Positions 1 through 7,220 of a stretch of 64,000 bases of DNA are shown here, one piece after another. Position 1 is the first letter of the stretch. Each line of letters starts with the position of its first letter. The notes below the pieces were generated by a model. The model searched no databases and was not told the origin of the DNA. It worked only from the letters and a program-made list of their open reading frames with translations. The translations under genes were made by a program, and so were the position numbers. The stretch covers positions 28,440 to 92,439 of the forward strand of contig JAILHF010000035.1 of assembly GCA_024696005.1 (NCBI GenBank). Direction: 5' to 3'. Source of the DNA: Lachnospiraceae bacterium (lineage in GTDB: Bacteria; Bacillota; Clostridia; Lachnospirales; Lachnospiraceae).

Positions 1-1958
1 TTGATGGAATGGGCGATGACGGCGTAATTCTGCATGTCCTCTTTCTCATAGAAATCCTGGAGCAGATTCGGAAGGTTGGAGGAAGCGTAGGTCCTGAGCA
101 GCTCGATGTAGGCCTTGACGTTCCCCGCGCAGTTGCGCACCCCCGTATTGGTGTCGATCCCGTCCAGCCGGTCGAGCATCTGCTCCGGCGTGAGGTTCTG
201 CATGGAAAGGGCCGCCTCCCTGCGCTCCACTTCCTCGATCGGCGTTCCTGCCGGGAAGAGCTTCTCACGCGGCAACCACTTTTTCAGCATCACCGCCAGC
301 TGCTCCACACGGATGGGCTTGGGCAGATAATCATTCATGCCCACTGCCAGAAACTGCTCCTCCACGCCCTTGATCGCATTCGCCGTCAGGGCGACGATGG
401 GCACTCTTGCCGCGTATTCGTTGTTCATCTGACGGATCAGGCGCGTGGCCTCCATGCCGTCCATGAAGGGCATCATGTGATCCATGAAGATCAGGTCGTA
501 ACGCACCAGCTGCTGCGAGACCTTGTCGATCACTTCCCGCCCGCTCTCCGCCTGGGCCGCATTGATCCCGAAGATGCGCATGAGCTCCTGCGCGACCTGA
601 CGGTTCACCTTGTTATCATCCACGATCAGCACGCGGGCCTTGGGGGCGATGAAATCCGGCCGGAAGCTGCTGCGGACCTGGGCGGCCGCCTGATGCTTCA
701 CGCTGAAGTTGCTCGGCGTCACATCATAGATCTTCTGGGGCAGGACCACCGAGAAAGTCGAACCGAAGCCCAGTTTGGAGGTCACGTGGATCGAGCCGTT
801 CATGGCATCGGTCAGGCTCTTGCAGATGGCAAGGCCCAGACCGGTTCCTTCCACGTTCCGGTTCTTGCGCGTATCAATCTGTCCGAATGCCGTAAACAGC
901 TTGCTGATATTCTCTTCCGAGATACCGATACCGGTATCCTGCACGGCGATCGTCATGCGGCCGCGCTCCATGTTGTACATGGCGCTCTCGTCACGCCAGT
1001 TGATCCCCAGGGTCACGGTACCCTGGTTCGTGAACTTCACCGCGTTGGTCAGGAGGTTGATCAGGATCTGCCGGATCCTGGTCTCGTCACCGATCAGCTT
1101 GGTAGGCACATGGGAATCGATCTCCAGCTGCAGGCGCAGGTTCTTGTCGCGCATGCGGAACTCGATGATGGTGATCACATCCTGCAGCATCTCGTTGAAG
1201 TCGTAAGGTTCCTCCACGATCTCCATGCGACCCGAATCGACCTTGGAGAAATCCAGGATCTCGTTGATGATGGAGAGCAGATTTTCGGAGGAGCGCTTGA
1301 TCACCGCAACATATTCCTTCTCCTCGGGCTTGAAATTCCGCTCCTCCAGAAGCTCGGCCATGCCGTAGATGGCGTTCATCGGGGTACGGATCTCGTGGCT
1401 CATGTTCGCCAGGAAATTGCTCTTTGCTTCCAGGGCTTCCCGCGCGACCTCGTTCTGCTCATCCATTTCCTTCTTGTACTTCGCCACGCTGTAGCAGGTA
1501 AAGACAAGGGCTACGCCGGAAAATGCGTACATGGTGATGAACGCGACGTACTGGCTCGTGTCGAAGAATACCTCGATCACTTCCTTCTGCAGGATCCCCA
1601 TCAGGACCAGGATCACGATCGTCAGCGAGAAATAGCCGATCAGCGCCTCCTTCATCAGAAAGAGGGTCAGCGTCGTGGCCGATGCCAGGAAGGTAAAGAC
1701 CAGCATGCCCTGCGTATGGGAGGCGTAGCTCATGTAATAAAGGGAAGAGATGCCCGAAACGCCCAGGCAGTAGACCACCACCTTCTGGTTGTTGATCTTA
1801 TAGGAAAGAAGAAAAACGATCAGCACCGGGATCAGACCCAGAGCCACGACAAAAGCACGTTCCACGCCGTACTCCGAGACCGTGTAAATGGCCTGGAGCA
1901 GCACGGAGCACAAAAACTCCACGATAAAGACTGTGATGTTCGTTTTAAAAGGCAGCAT
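1..1958 (-). CDS. hybrid sensor histidine kinase / response regulator with HPt-like tail (partial; 3' end runs off the left edge)
   Basis: Absent from the ORF track because it has no stop in the window. My minus-strand translation from ATG 1958 reads MLPFKTNITVFIVEF... It shows several TM helices, an H-box NMSHEIRTPMNAIYGMAELL, a G-box GTGLGLAICKSL and a receiver RVLIVDDNKVNRQV...FMDHMMPFMDGMEATR. An HPt-like ...NYAVIAHSI sits at the edge. The start codon abuts the upstream stop (TAA then ATG). Confidence 0.85.
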   Translation of the reverse strand, partial: MLPFKTNITVFIVEFLCSVLLQAIYTVSEYGVERAFVVALGLIPVLIVFLLSYKINNQKVVVYCLGVSGISSLYYMSYASHTQGMLVFTFLASATTLTLFLMKEALIGYFSLTIVILVLMGILQKEVIEVFFDTSQYVAFITMYAFSGVALVFTCYSVAKYKKEMDEQNEVAREALEAKSNFLANMSHEIRTPMNAIYGMAELLEERNFKPEEKEYVAVIKRSSENLLSIINEILDFSKVDSGRMEIVEEPYDFNEMLQDVITIIEFRMRDKNLRLQLEIDSHVPTKLIGDETRIRQILINLLTNAVKFTNQGTVTLGINWRDESAMYNMERGRMTIAVQDTGIGISEENISKLFTAFGQIDTRKNRNVEGTGLGLAICKSLTDAMNGSIHVTSKLGFGSTFSVVLPQKIYDVTPSNFSVKHQAAAQVRSSFRPDFIAPKARVLIVDDNKVNRQVAQELMRIFGINAAQAESGREVIDKVSQQLVRYDLIFMDHMMPFMDGMEATRLIRQMNNEYAARVPIVALTANAIKGVEEQFLAVGMNDYLPKPIRVEQLAVMLKKWLPREKLFPAGTPIEEVERREAALSMQNLTPEQMLDRLDGIDTNTGVRNCAGNVKAYIELLRTYASSNLPNLLQDFYEKEDMQNYAVIAHSI

Positions 1959-3167
1959 TTATTTTGCGGTAAATCTGCGCAGCTCCGGCAAAAGCTCCTG
2001 AAGAGCCTTTATCGTGGCCGCCAGCTCCTTCTCCGTTGTATCGATCGAAAAGGAAAAGCGGAGCGTTCCTTCCAGCTGTTCCTTCTTCAAACCTATGGCC
2101 TGCAGGGTACGGGACGGTTCCGGCTTGTGCGTCGCGCAGGCACTCCCTGCGGATACATAGATCCCTTTTTCCTCCAGGGCATGCAGAAGCACCTCCGCAC
2201 GCACCCCGCGGAACGAGGCGCTTACGATATGGGGCGCCGTTTCCGAGATCCTTGCCTCCATCTGCCACATGTCCTCGGGATTGTCCGCCCGTCCGTCCTT
2301 CATTCCGGGTATCCCGTTGATCCGAACATTCTCCAGCCGCAGCAGTTCCTTGACAAAACCCGTCTTCAGGCTGTAAAGGCGCTCGCGGTCCGTCTCCAGA
2401 TCCTGGGAAAGCTTCTCGGCTGCCAGTGCCATGCCCACGATCCCGGGAACATTCTCCGTTCCCGAGCGCAGTCCGTTCTGCTGGCCGCCTCCGAAGATGA
2501 TCGGAGCGATGCGCTTTCCGGACGCGACATAGAGCAGTCCCACGCCCTTCGGTCCGTGTATCTTGTGGGAACTGACGCTCATCAGATCCACTCCCAGCTC
2601 CTTCGGATAGATGCGCGCCTTGCCGAAGCCCTGTACCGCGTCCACATGAAAGAGCGTCCTGGGGTATTTCCGTTTCAGAAGAGCCCCGATCGTCGCGATC
2701 GGCTGAACGGATCCGATCTCGTTGTTCGTATGCATGATCGAGAGCAGGACCGTATCTTCGGAGATCGCGCGTTCCACGCTTTCCAGGCTCACCAGTCCGT
2801 CCTTGTCAACGGGCAGGTAAGTCACGTCATAGCCCTCATCCTGCAGCTGTTCCATCGTGCGCAGCACGGCCGGATGCTCGATCACCGTTGTCACGACATG
2901 CATCCCGTTGCGTTTACCCGCGCGTGCAGCTCCGAGGATCGCAAGGTTGTCGCTCTCGGTCCCGCCGGACGTAAAGATCAGTTCCGACGGCTGGCAGCGC
3001 AGCTGCGAGGCAAGGCTTTCCTTTGCTTCACGGATACGTTTCTCCGCCACCACGCCCAGATGATGGGCACTGGAGGGGTTGCCGAAATCCGTGCACATGA
3101 GCTCCGTCATGGCTTTCGCCGCTTCCGGGAAGCAGCGTGTCGTTGAGGAATTATCCAGATAGATCAT
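1959..3167 (-). CDS. cysteine desulfurase (NifS/IscS class V aminotransferase family)
   Basis: 402 aa, MIYLDNSSTTRCFPEAAKAM...FGNPSSAHHLG...SVSSHKIHGPKGVGLLY (PLP-Lys motif)...SAGSACA. SD AAAGGAG precedes ATG 3167. Confidence 0.9.
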   Translation of the reverse strand: MIYLDNSSTTRCFPEAAKAMTELMCTDFGNPSSAHHLGVVAEKRIREAKESLASQLRCQPSELIFTSGGTESDNLAILGAARAGKRNGMHVVTTVIEHPAVLRTMEQLQDEGYDVTYLPVDKDGLVSLESVERAISEDTVLLSIMHTNNEIGSVQPIATIGALLKRKYPRTLFHVDAVQGFGKARIYPKELGVDLMSVSSHKIHGPKGVGLLYVASGKRIAPIIFGGGQQNGLRSGTENVPGIVGMALAAEKLSQDLETDRERLYSLKTGFVKELLRLENVRINGIPGMKDGRADNPEDMWQMEARISETAPHIVSASFRGVRAEVLLHALEEKGIYVSAGSACATHKPEPSRTLQAIGLKKEQLEGTLRFSFSIDTTEKELAATIKALQELLPELRRFTAK

Positions 3168-3178
3168 AAAAGCTCCTT

Positions 3179-3937
3179 TCAGCTTTCCAGCTGATAGCCG
3201 ATCATGGCAAGCAATGCCATGCCGGCCGTCTCGGTCCTGAGTATTCTGCGCCCCAGCGAGATCGGCTGCGCTCCGGCCTGTTCGGCCCGCGATACCTCTT
3301 CCCGGGAAAAGCCGCCTTCCGGCCCGATAAAGATCCCGAGACGGGGTTCTCCCCCCATCTTCGCCACCTCACAAAGACGCTGCATGAAAGCCCTGGTCGC
3401 TTCCATCCCCTCCGCAAGCTCGTAGGGGATCACCGCCAGCTCCATCTGCGAAGCAAGCGAAAGCGCCTCACCCAGGTTCATCAAAGGAGCGATCTGCGGG
3501 ATCCTGCCCCGACGGCTCTGCTTGGCTGCCGCTTCGGCGATCGCCTGCCAGCGCTCCTGTTTTTTTGCGTATTTCTTCGCATCCAGCTGCACAACGCAGC
3601 GTTCCATCGAAACCGGGACGATCTCGGACACCCCCAGCTCGACCGTCTTCTGCACGATCAGCTCCATCTTGTCCGCCTTCGGCAGTCCCTGGAAGAGCGT
3701 GATGCGCACCGGCAGCTCCACCGCGTTTTCCTTTATGAAACGCAGGCTGCAGATCACTTCGTCCTCCGTGATCTTTTCGATCCCGCAGCGGTATTCCTTA
3801 TCGTCCGTCCCGTTGCTCACCGAGATCTCCTCGCCCGGCCGCATGCGAAGGACGTTCCGGATATGGTTCACATCCTCACCGGTGATGCGGATCTCCGTCC
3901 CGCTGATCTGCGCGGGATCCACAAAGAAATGATTCAA
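3179..3937 (-). CDS. rsmE: 16S rRNA (uracil1498-N3)-methyltransferase RsmE
   Basis: The family-typical N-terminus NHFFVDP... and C-terminus GPEGGFSREE...LGRRILRTETA are both present. I prefer the TTG at 3937, which has SD GGGGAG 6 nt upstream and forms a TTGA overlap with the prmA stop. The track start ATG 3964 would overlap prmA by 31 nt. Confidence 0.85.
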   Translation of the reverse strand: MNHFFVDPAQISGTEIRITGEDVNHIRNVLRMRPGEEISVSNGTDDKEYRCGIEKITEDEVICSLRFIKENAVELPVRITLFQGLPKADKMELIVQKTVELGVSEIVPVSMERCVVQLDAKKYAKKQERWQAIAEAAAKQSRRGRIPQIAPLMNLGEALSLASQMELAVIPYELAEGMEATRAFMQRLCEVAKMGGEPRLGIFIGPEGGFSREEVSRAEQAGAQPISLGRRILRTETAGMALLAMIGYQLES

Positions 3938-4905
3938 GGCTTTCTCCCCGTGACGCAGCGCCATTCTCCCTGCGCGAGAGTTTCCGTGACCTCAAAGCCG
4001 GCCTGACGCATCGCCTCCGCCACATCGCCTTCACGGCCCTCGATGATGCCGCTCGTGATCACGATCCCGCCGCTCTTCAGATGCTTTATCAGCTCGGGCA
4101 TCAGAGGGATCAGTACCTCCGCGAGTATGTTTGCCACCGCGATATCGTAATCCCCGCCCGCTTTCTTCTGTATCCCGGGATCGTCGATGATGTTTCCGAT
4201 CAGCAGGGAGAAACGCTGCGGATCGATCCCGTTCTTCTGCATGTTATCGGCAACCGCCGGAACCGCGCAGGGATCCAGATCCGTCCCCAGCGCTTCCTTC
4301 GCGCCGAACATGAGAGCCAGGATCGAAAGGATCCCGCTTCCCGTGCCCACGTCCAGTATCCTTGTTTCGGAATTAACGTGTTTTTTCAGCTGTCTGATGC
4401 ACAGCTGCGTTGTTTCGTGCATGCCGGTTCCGAAGGCCGTTCCCGGGTCGATGTGCAGGATCATGCGTCCCGCATCCTCCGGCGTCTCCTGCTCCCAGGA
4501 AGGGATCACCAGCAGATCGTCGACCGTAAAACGGTGGAAGTACTGCTTCCAGTTATTGATCCAGTCCAGATCCTCCGTCTCCGAGACCGTAACCCGGCCG
4601 CTGCCGATCTCGCACCAGACACGCGTCTCGGCAAGCTGAGCCTCGATCTTTTCCAGAGTCTCCTTCTTCAAAGCCTCTTTCGCCGCCTCATCATCAGGGG
4701 CTTCCACAAAAAAGCTCAGCCAGGCGATCCCGTCATCCTCCTGAGGCTCAGGCGGGATATCCACAAACATCTGCTCCTTTTCGAGAGGCGTGAGAGGAAG
4801 TTTATCCTCGATCTGCGCCCCCTCCAGTCCGATATCATACATGTCACTGACCAGGATATCCTCAGCATCCGTCAGTGTTTCGATCGAAAATCTGAGCCAT
4901 TTCAT
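3934..4905 (-). CDS. prmA: ribosomal protein L11 methyltransferase PrmA
   Basis: 323 aa, MKWLRFSIETL... with the SAM motif ILDVGTGSGILSI and NILAEVL. SD AAGGGGAG lies upstream. Confidence 0.9.
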   Translation of the reverse strand: MKWLRFSIETLTDAEDILVSDMYDIGLEGAQIEDKLPLTPLEKEQMFVDIPPEPQEDDGIAWLSFFVEAPDDEAAKEALKKETLEKIEAQLAETRVWCEIGSGRVTVSETEDLDWINNWKQYFHRFTVDDLLVIPSWEQETPEDAGRMILHIDPGTAFGTGMHETTQLCIRQLKKHVNSETRILDVGTGSGILSILALMFGAKEALGTDLDPCAVPAVADNMQKNGIDPQRFSLLIGNIIDDPGIQKKAGGDYDIAVANILAEVLIPLMPELIKHLKSGGIVITSGIIEGREGDVAEAMRQAGFEVTETLAQGEWRCVTGRKP

Positions 4906-4984
4906 AGCATCGTCTCCCCTTTTCGCAGTTCATTTTATAATAGCAAAAAAACAGTCTCCACGCAAGCTGAAGAGGCATTCTTCT

Positions 4985-5395
4985 TTACCGTCAGATTGCT
5001 GTTCGGAGAGCGGTTTTGGACGAATGGTTTCGTTCGCTGGACGGCTTAGCTGGATGATGGGAATGTTTGGTGTCGAGCAGAAGTACATAAGTCCGGGCAC
5101 CACTCCGGAGCCACGCAGCTCTAAGGCGCTGCTTTCATTTTGGGTACAGCCCGGGACCGCTCGAGACACAGCATCCCTGCTGTGGCTCTCGCTCGATCCG
5201 CCATCCGTGGCGGCTCGTCCCTTTTCCCATCATGCAGCTTCAAGAGCTGACGGGCTCCTCCGCGACGTGCCCGGCCCTTATGTCTTCTGCTCTTTACGCC
5301 GGCTGTTTCGTTCATCCCGCAAAGCCGCATGCTCACTGCACGGCCGGTGCTTGGCCGGGCTGAGTGATGAACTTGTCGGGAGCAGCCCGTTTATG
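4985..5395. ncRNA. unclassified highly structured RNA candidate (216-nt rod at 5076-5291 plus flanking hairpins)
   Basis: No credible ORF. The arms 5076-5100 and 5267-5291 are complementary over ~23 bp. The helix continues inward through five more nested helices to a three-way junction. A 10-nt interior/exterior complementarity links 5224-5233 with 5054-5063. The element is bracketed by the tRNA-Cys terminator and a prmA promoter-like site. The strand is not resolved because all pairs are Watson-Crick. Confidence 0.4.
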
Positions 5396-5401
5396 ATTGA
5401 C

Positions 5402-5438
5402 AAAAAAAGAAAAGATCCCGAATATAGTCTTCGGAATC
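5402..5438 (-). terminator. intrinsic terminator of the tRNA-Cys unit
   Basis: On the minus strand: GAUUCCGAA-gacuaua-UUCGGGAUC followed by UUUUCUUUUUUU. The single non-WC position is a U-G wobble on the minus strand and a C-A mismatch on the plus strand. That supports minus-strand function. Confidence 0.85.
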
Positions 5439-5446
5439 TCTTGGAG

Positions 5447-5517
5447 AGGTGCCAGACGGATTTGAACCGCCGATCAGGGAGTTGCAGTCCCACGCCTTAC
5501 CACTTGGCTATGGCACC
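5447..5517 (-). tRNA. tRNA-Cys (anticodon GCA)
   Basis: Reverse complement: GGTGCCA-TA-GCC..GGC-..GGGA-CTGCAAC-TCCC..GGTTCAAATCC..TGGCACC-T. It folds as a cloverleaf with a 7-bp acceptor stem, GCA in a 7-nt loop, a T-loop GGTTCAAATCC and a U73 discriminator typical of tRNA-Cys. CCA is not encoded directly after the discriminator. Confidence 0.9.
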
Positions 5518-5530
5518 ATCACAAAGCATA

Positions 5531-5558
5531 ATTATACTGATTTTCCCGCTTCTGTCAA
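5531..5558 (-). promoter_or_regulatory. consensus sigma-A promoter for tRNA-Cys
   Basis: Minus strand: TTGACA (5558-5553), a 16-nt spacer, then TATAAT (5536-5531), ending 13 nt before tRNA position 1. Confidence 0.7.
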
Positions 5559-5559
5559 G

Positions 5560-7122
5560 CTATTTTCTGCGCTTTTTCCCTTTTCGCGCCCCTTTCCCGT
5601 CCGTGGCATAAGCGACGATCGCCCCGGCCGAAAGTGCTACCAGACCGGAACCGATGAAGAGTGCCACATAGTCGATCTCCTTTTCCCGGGCTTCCTTTTC
5701 CTCCGGGAGCTCCTCCTCGGCCTCTTTCGCTCTGGCCTTCGCAGCCCTCCGTTCTTCCTCCAGACGCGCTTCTTCCGCCAGTCTTGCCTCCTCCGCCAGA
5801 CGGGCTTCTTCCGCAAGCCTTGCTTCCTCGGCCAGGCGCTCCGCCTCCAGGCGGGCCTGCTCCTCATAGGTAGTGATGTTATCCAGCATGTCATTGCCGC
5901 TGTCCGCGCCAACGTTGCTCCGGTAAAGCCCGAACTCCGCGCAGTTGATCTGGGAGGCCTTCGGGTCATTGGGATCGTCACTCACATAGAACCACCAGCG
6001 CTGCTGGGATTCATGCTTCTTGTAGGCCAGCTTCATGGTTTCCACTGCGGTCTCCCCCCCGAAGGCCTCCAGGGGCTGACGCAGATCCAGGGTGAGCGGA
6101 TTCTCTTTGTACAGATGATAATACGTCTTGGGCGTATCCCACAGGCCGTATTCCTCTGCGGACTGCGGATAAAAATCCTCCTCCATGCCGTGCTCCACCG
6201 AATCCTGCACGCACACTGCCAGAAGCTTGTGGCCGCCGTGCCCGTATTCCCCGTTAAAATCCTGGGAGATCACCACCTGGGGCCTGAAACGCCGTACCTG
6301 CGCCACAAAGAACTCCGTGATCGCTTTACGGTCATAAACGCGCTCCGCCTCCTCCAGACTGCCGGCGTAAATGTCGTCAAAAGGCGCGTTCACCGGGTAA
6401 TTCCGTACTCCCATGGTCCAGAGCCCGTCCAGCTTTTCATGTTCACGTACGATCTGCCCGTCCCAGTAATTCGTCATGTAGACCACCTGGCAGGCCAGCC
6501 CCTGGCCGCCGGCATAGGTCGTCAGCACACCGCCAAGAAACAGGACCTCATCATCCGCATGCGTGGAAAAGACCAGAAAATCCGCCGCCTCACAGGCCGG
6601 CTTCCAGACCTGGATATCCGCGGGAGGCTGTCCTTCCGAGAAGGTTTTGATTTCGCAGAGGTTTCCGCCGGAAGGAAAGACAAGCTCGCAGCTGCCGATA
6701 CCGCCTTCCTCAATATAAACATAGTCATGCAGAAAGCCGTTTCTGCCGCAGCTCATCTCCTGCACATTCCCGCCGCCATCCGTATAGCGAAGCGTCCACT
6801 CCTGCGGAATGCGGTACCACTGCAGATAAAGCCCTCCGATGCTCTGCCCTTCCGGGGCAGTGACCGTGAGGGTCTCGCCCTCGGCCAGCTTGACACTGCT
6901 GTAATAGCTTACGTCCTTCAGATAGCCCGTGCCGTTCCCGCTGCTCAAAGCATAGCCGGCATCCAGCTGCACGGCTGTTTTCGTTTCCGCCTCCTGCGTG
7001 CTTCCTTCCTCCTCCTCTTCCGCGGCCCGGGCCGCAATGGGCAGGAACAGGCAGGATAATATGATGCACAGGGCAAGGGCCTGGAGCATTCCCGCTCTGC
7101 CCGTCTCCTTAAACTTTCTCAT
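5560..7122 (-). CDS. PIG-L/LmbE-family deacetylase with signal peptide, coiled-coil stalk and C-terminal membrane anchor
   Basis: 520 aa. The N-terminal signal is MLQALALCIILSCLFLPIAARA. The PIG-L core reads FLVFSTHADDEVLFLGG...VVISQDFNGEYGHGGH. An (AEEARL)n repeat follows, then a TM segment YVALFIGSGLVALSAGAIVAY and a KGKKRRK tail. Confidence 0.8.
   Translation of the reverse strand: MRKFKETGRAGMLQALALCIILSCLFLPIAARAAEEEEEGSTQEAETKTAVQLDAGYALSSGNGTGYLKDVSYYSSVKLAEGETLTVTAPEGQSIGGLYLQWYRIPQEWTLRYTDGGGNVQEMSCGRNGFLHDYVYIEEGGIGSCELVFPSGGNLCEIKTFSEGQPPADIQVWKPACEAADFLVFSTHADDEVLFLGGVLTTYAGGQGLACQVVYMTNYWDGQIVREHEKLDGLWTMGVRNYPVNAPFDDIYAGSLEEAERVYDRKAITEFFVAQVRRFRPQVVISQDFNGEYGHGGHKLLAVCVQDSVEHGMEEDFYPQSAEEYGLWDTPKTYYHLYKENPLTLDLRQPLEAFGGETAVETMKLAYKKHESQQRWWFYVSDDPNDPKASQINCAEFGLYRSNVGADSGNDMLDNITTYEEQARLEAERLAEEARLAEEARLAEEARLAEEARLEEERRAAKARAKEAEEELPEEKEAREKEIDYVALFIGSGLVALSAGAIVAYATDGKGARKGKKRRK
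5752..5847 (-). repeat. in-frame 18-nt tandem repeat encoding EAERL(AEEARL)x4EEE
   Basis: The DNA unit ttcc(t/g)c(c/g)gccag.c..gc is reiterated. It translates to LEAERLAEEARLAEEARLAEEARLAEEARLEEE. Confidence 0.8.
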
Positions 7123-7196
7123 TTTGTCTCCTCCGCTTTCATTTACGGATGTATATTATATACATAAGCCTTTCGTTTTGCAAACCGGAGAAACTT

Positions 7197-7220
7197 ATGG
7201 TATCATCTTCTTCGTCATGA
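7197..7220 (+). other. candidate 7-codon upstream ORF (MVSSSSS) coupled to the GT-C gene
   Basis: GGAG at 7187-7190 lies 6 nt before ATG 7197. The sequence is atg gta tca tct tct tcg tca tga. Its TGA overlaps ATG 7217 of the downstream gene (ATGA), and that gene has no SD of its own. Confidence 0.25.

Noticed and set aside
9-3146. 1045-aa plus-strand ORF spanning the first 3 kb
   Set aside because: This is a shadow ORF. The opposite strand encodes a histidine kinase and a NifS-like desulfurase with textbook motifs. The plus-strand translation is Arg/His/Leu/Gly-rich with no domain signatures, as expected for the antisense frame of high-GC genes.
4985-5395. Identity of the structured element as RNase P RNA, tmRNA, SRP RNA, 6S RNA, a T-box or a cobalamin, TPP or glmS element
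   Set aside because: The diagnostic strings are absent on both strands. I looked for GGAAAGUCC and ACAGAAnCCGGCUUA (RNase P). I looked for a tRNA-like GGUUCGA...CCACCA end with a resume codon and ...ALAA tag (tmRNA). I looked for GGUCCGGAAGGAAGCAGC (SRP), the T-box sequence GGGUGGUACCGCG and the B12 box GCCACUG. The branched apex does not fit the 6S single central-bubble rod. This was eye inspection only and needs cmscan.
5442-5446. The CTCCA following the tRNA-Cys discriminator as an encoded CCA end
   Set aside because: The CCA is separated from the discriminator U73 by two extra nucleotides, so it is not in register. The 3' CCA is presumably added post-transcriptionally.
4790-5611. 273-aa plus ORF and the three short minus ORFs (4930-5169, 5121-5336, 5278-5493) covering the tRNA and the structured region
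   Set aside because: They run through a tRNA gene, its promoter and its terminator. Their translations are not protein-like. The three minus ORFs sit in three different frames and show no similarity suggesting a frameshifted gene.
6998-7216. N-terminal extensions proposed by the track, including 6998 for the GT-C gene, 50266 for murC, 51741 for the DnaD-like gene, 27545 for GH130, 12873 and 16212 for the GT2 genes, 34133 for vanZ and 61225 for the PolC-like gene
   Set aside because: The extensions overlap neighbouring genes, promoters or terminators and lack an SD. Internal starts give family-typical N-termini and have SD sequences or ATGA coupling.
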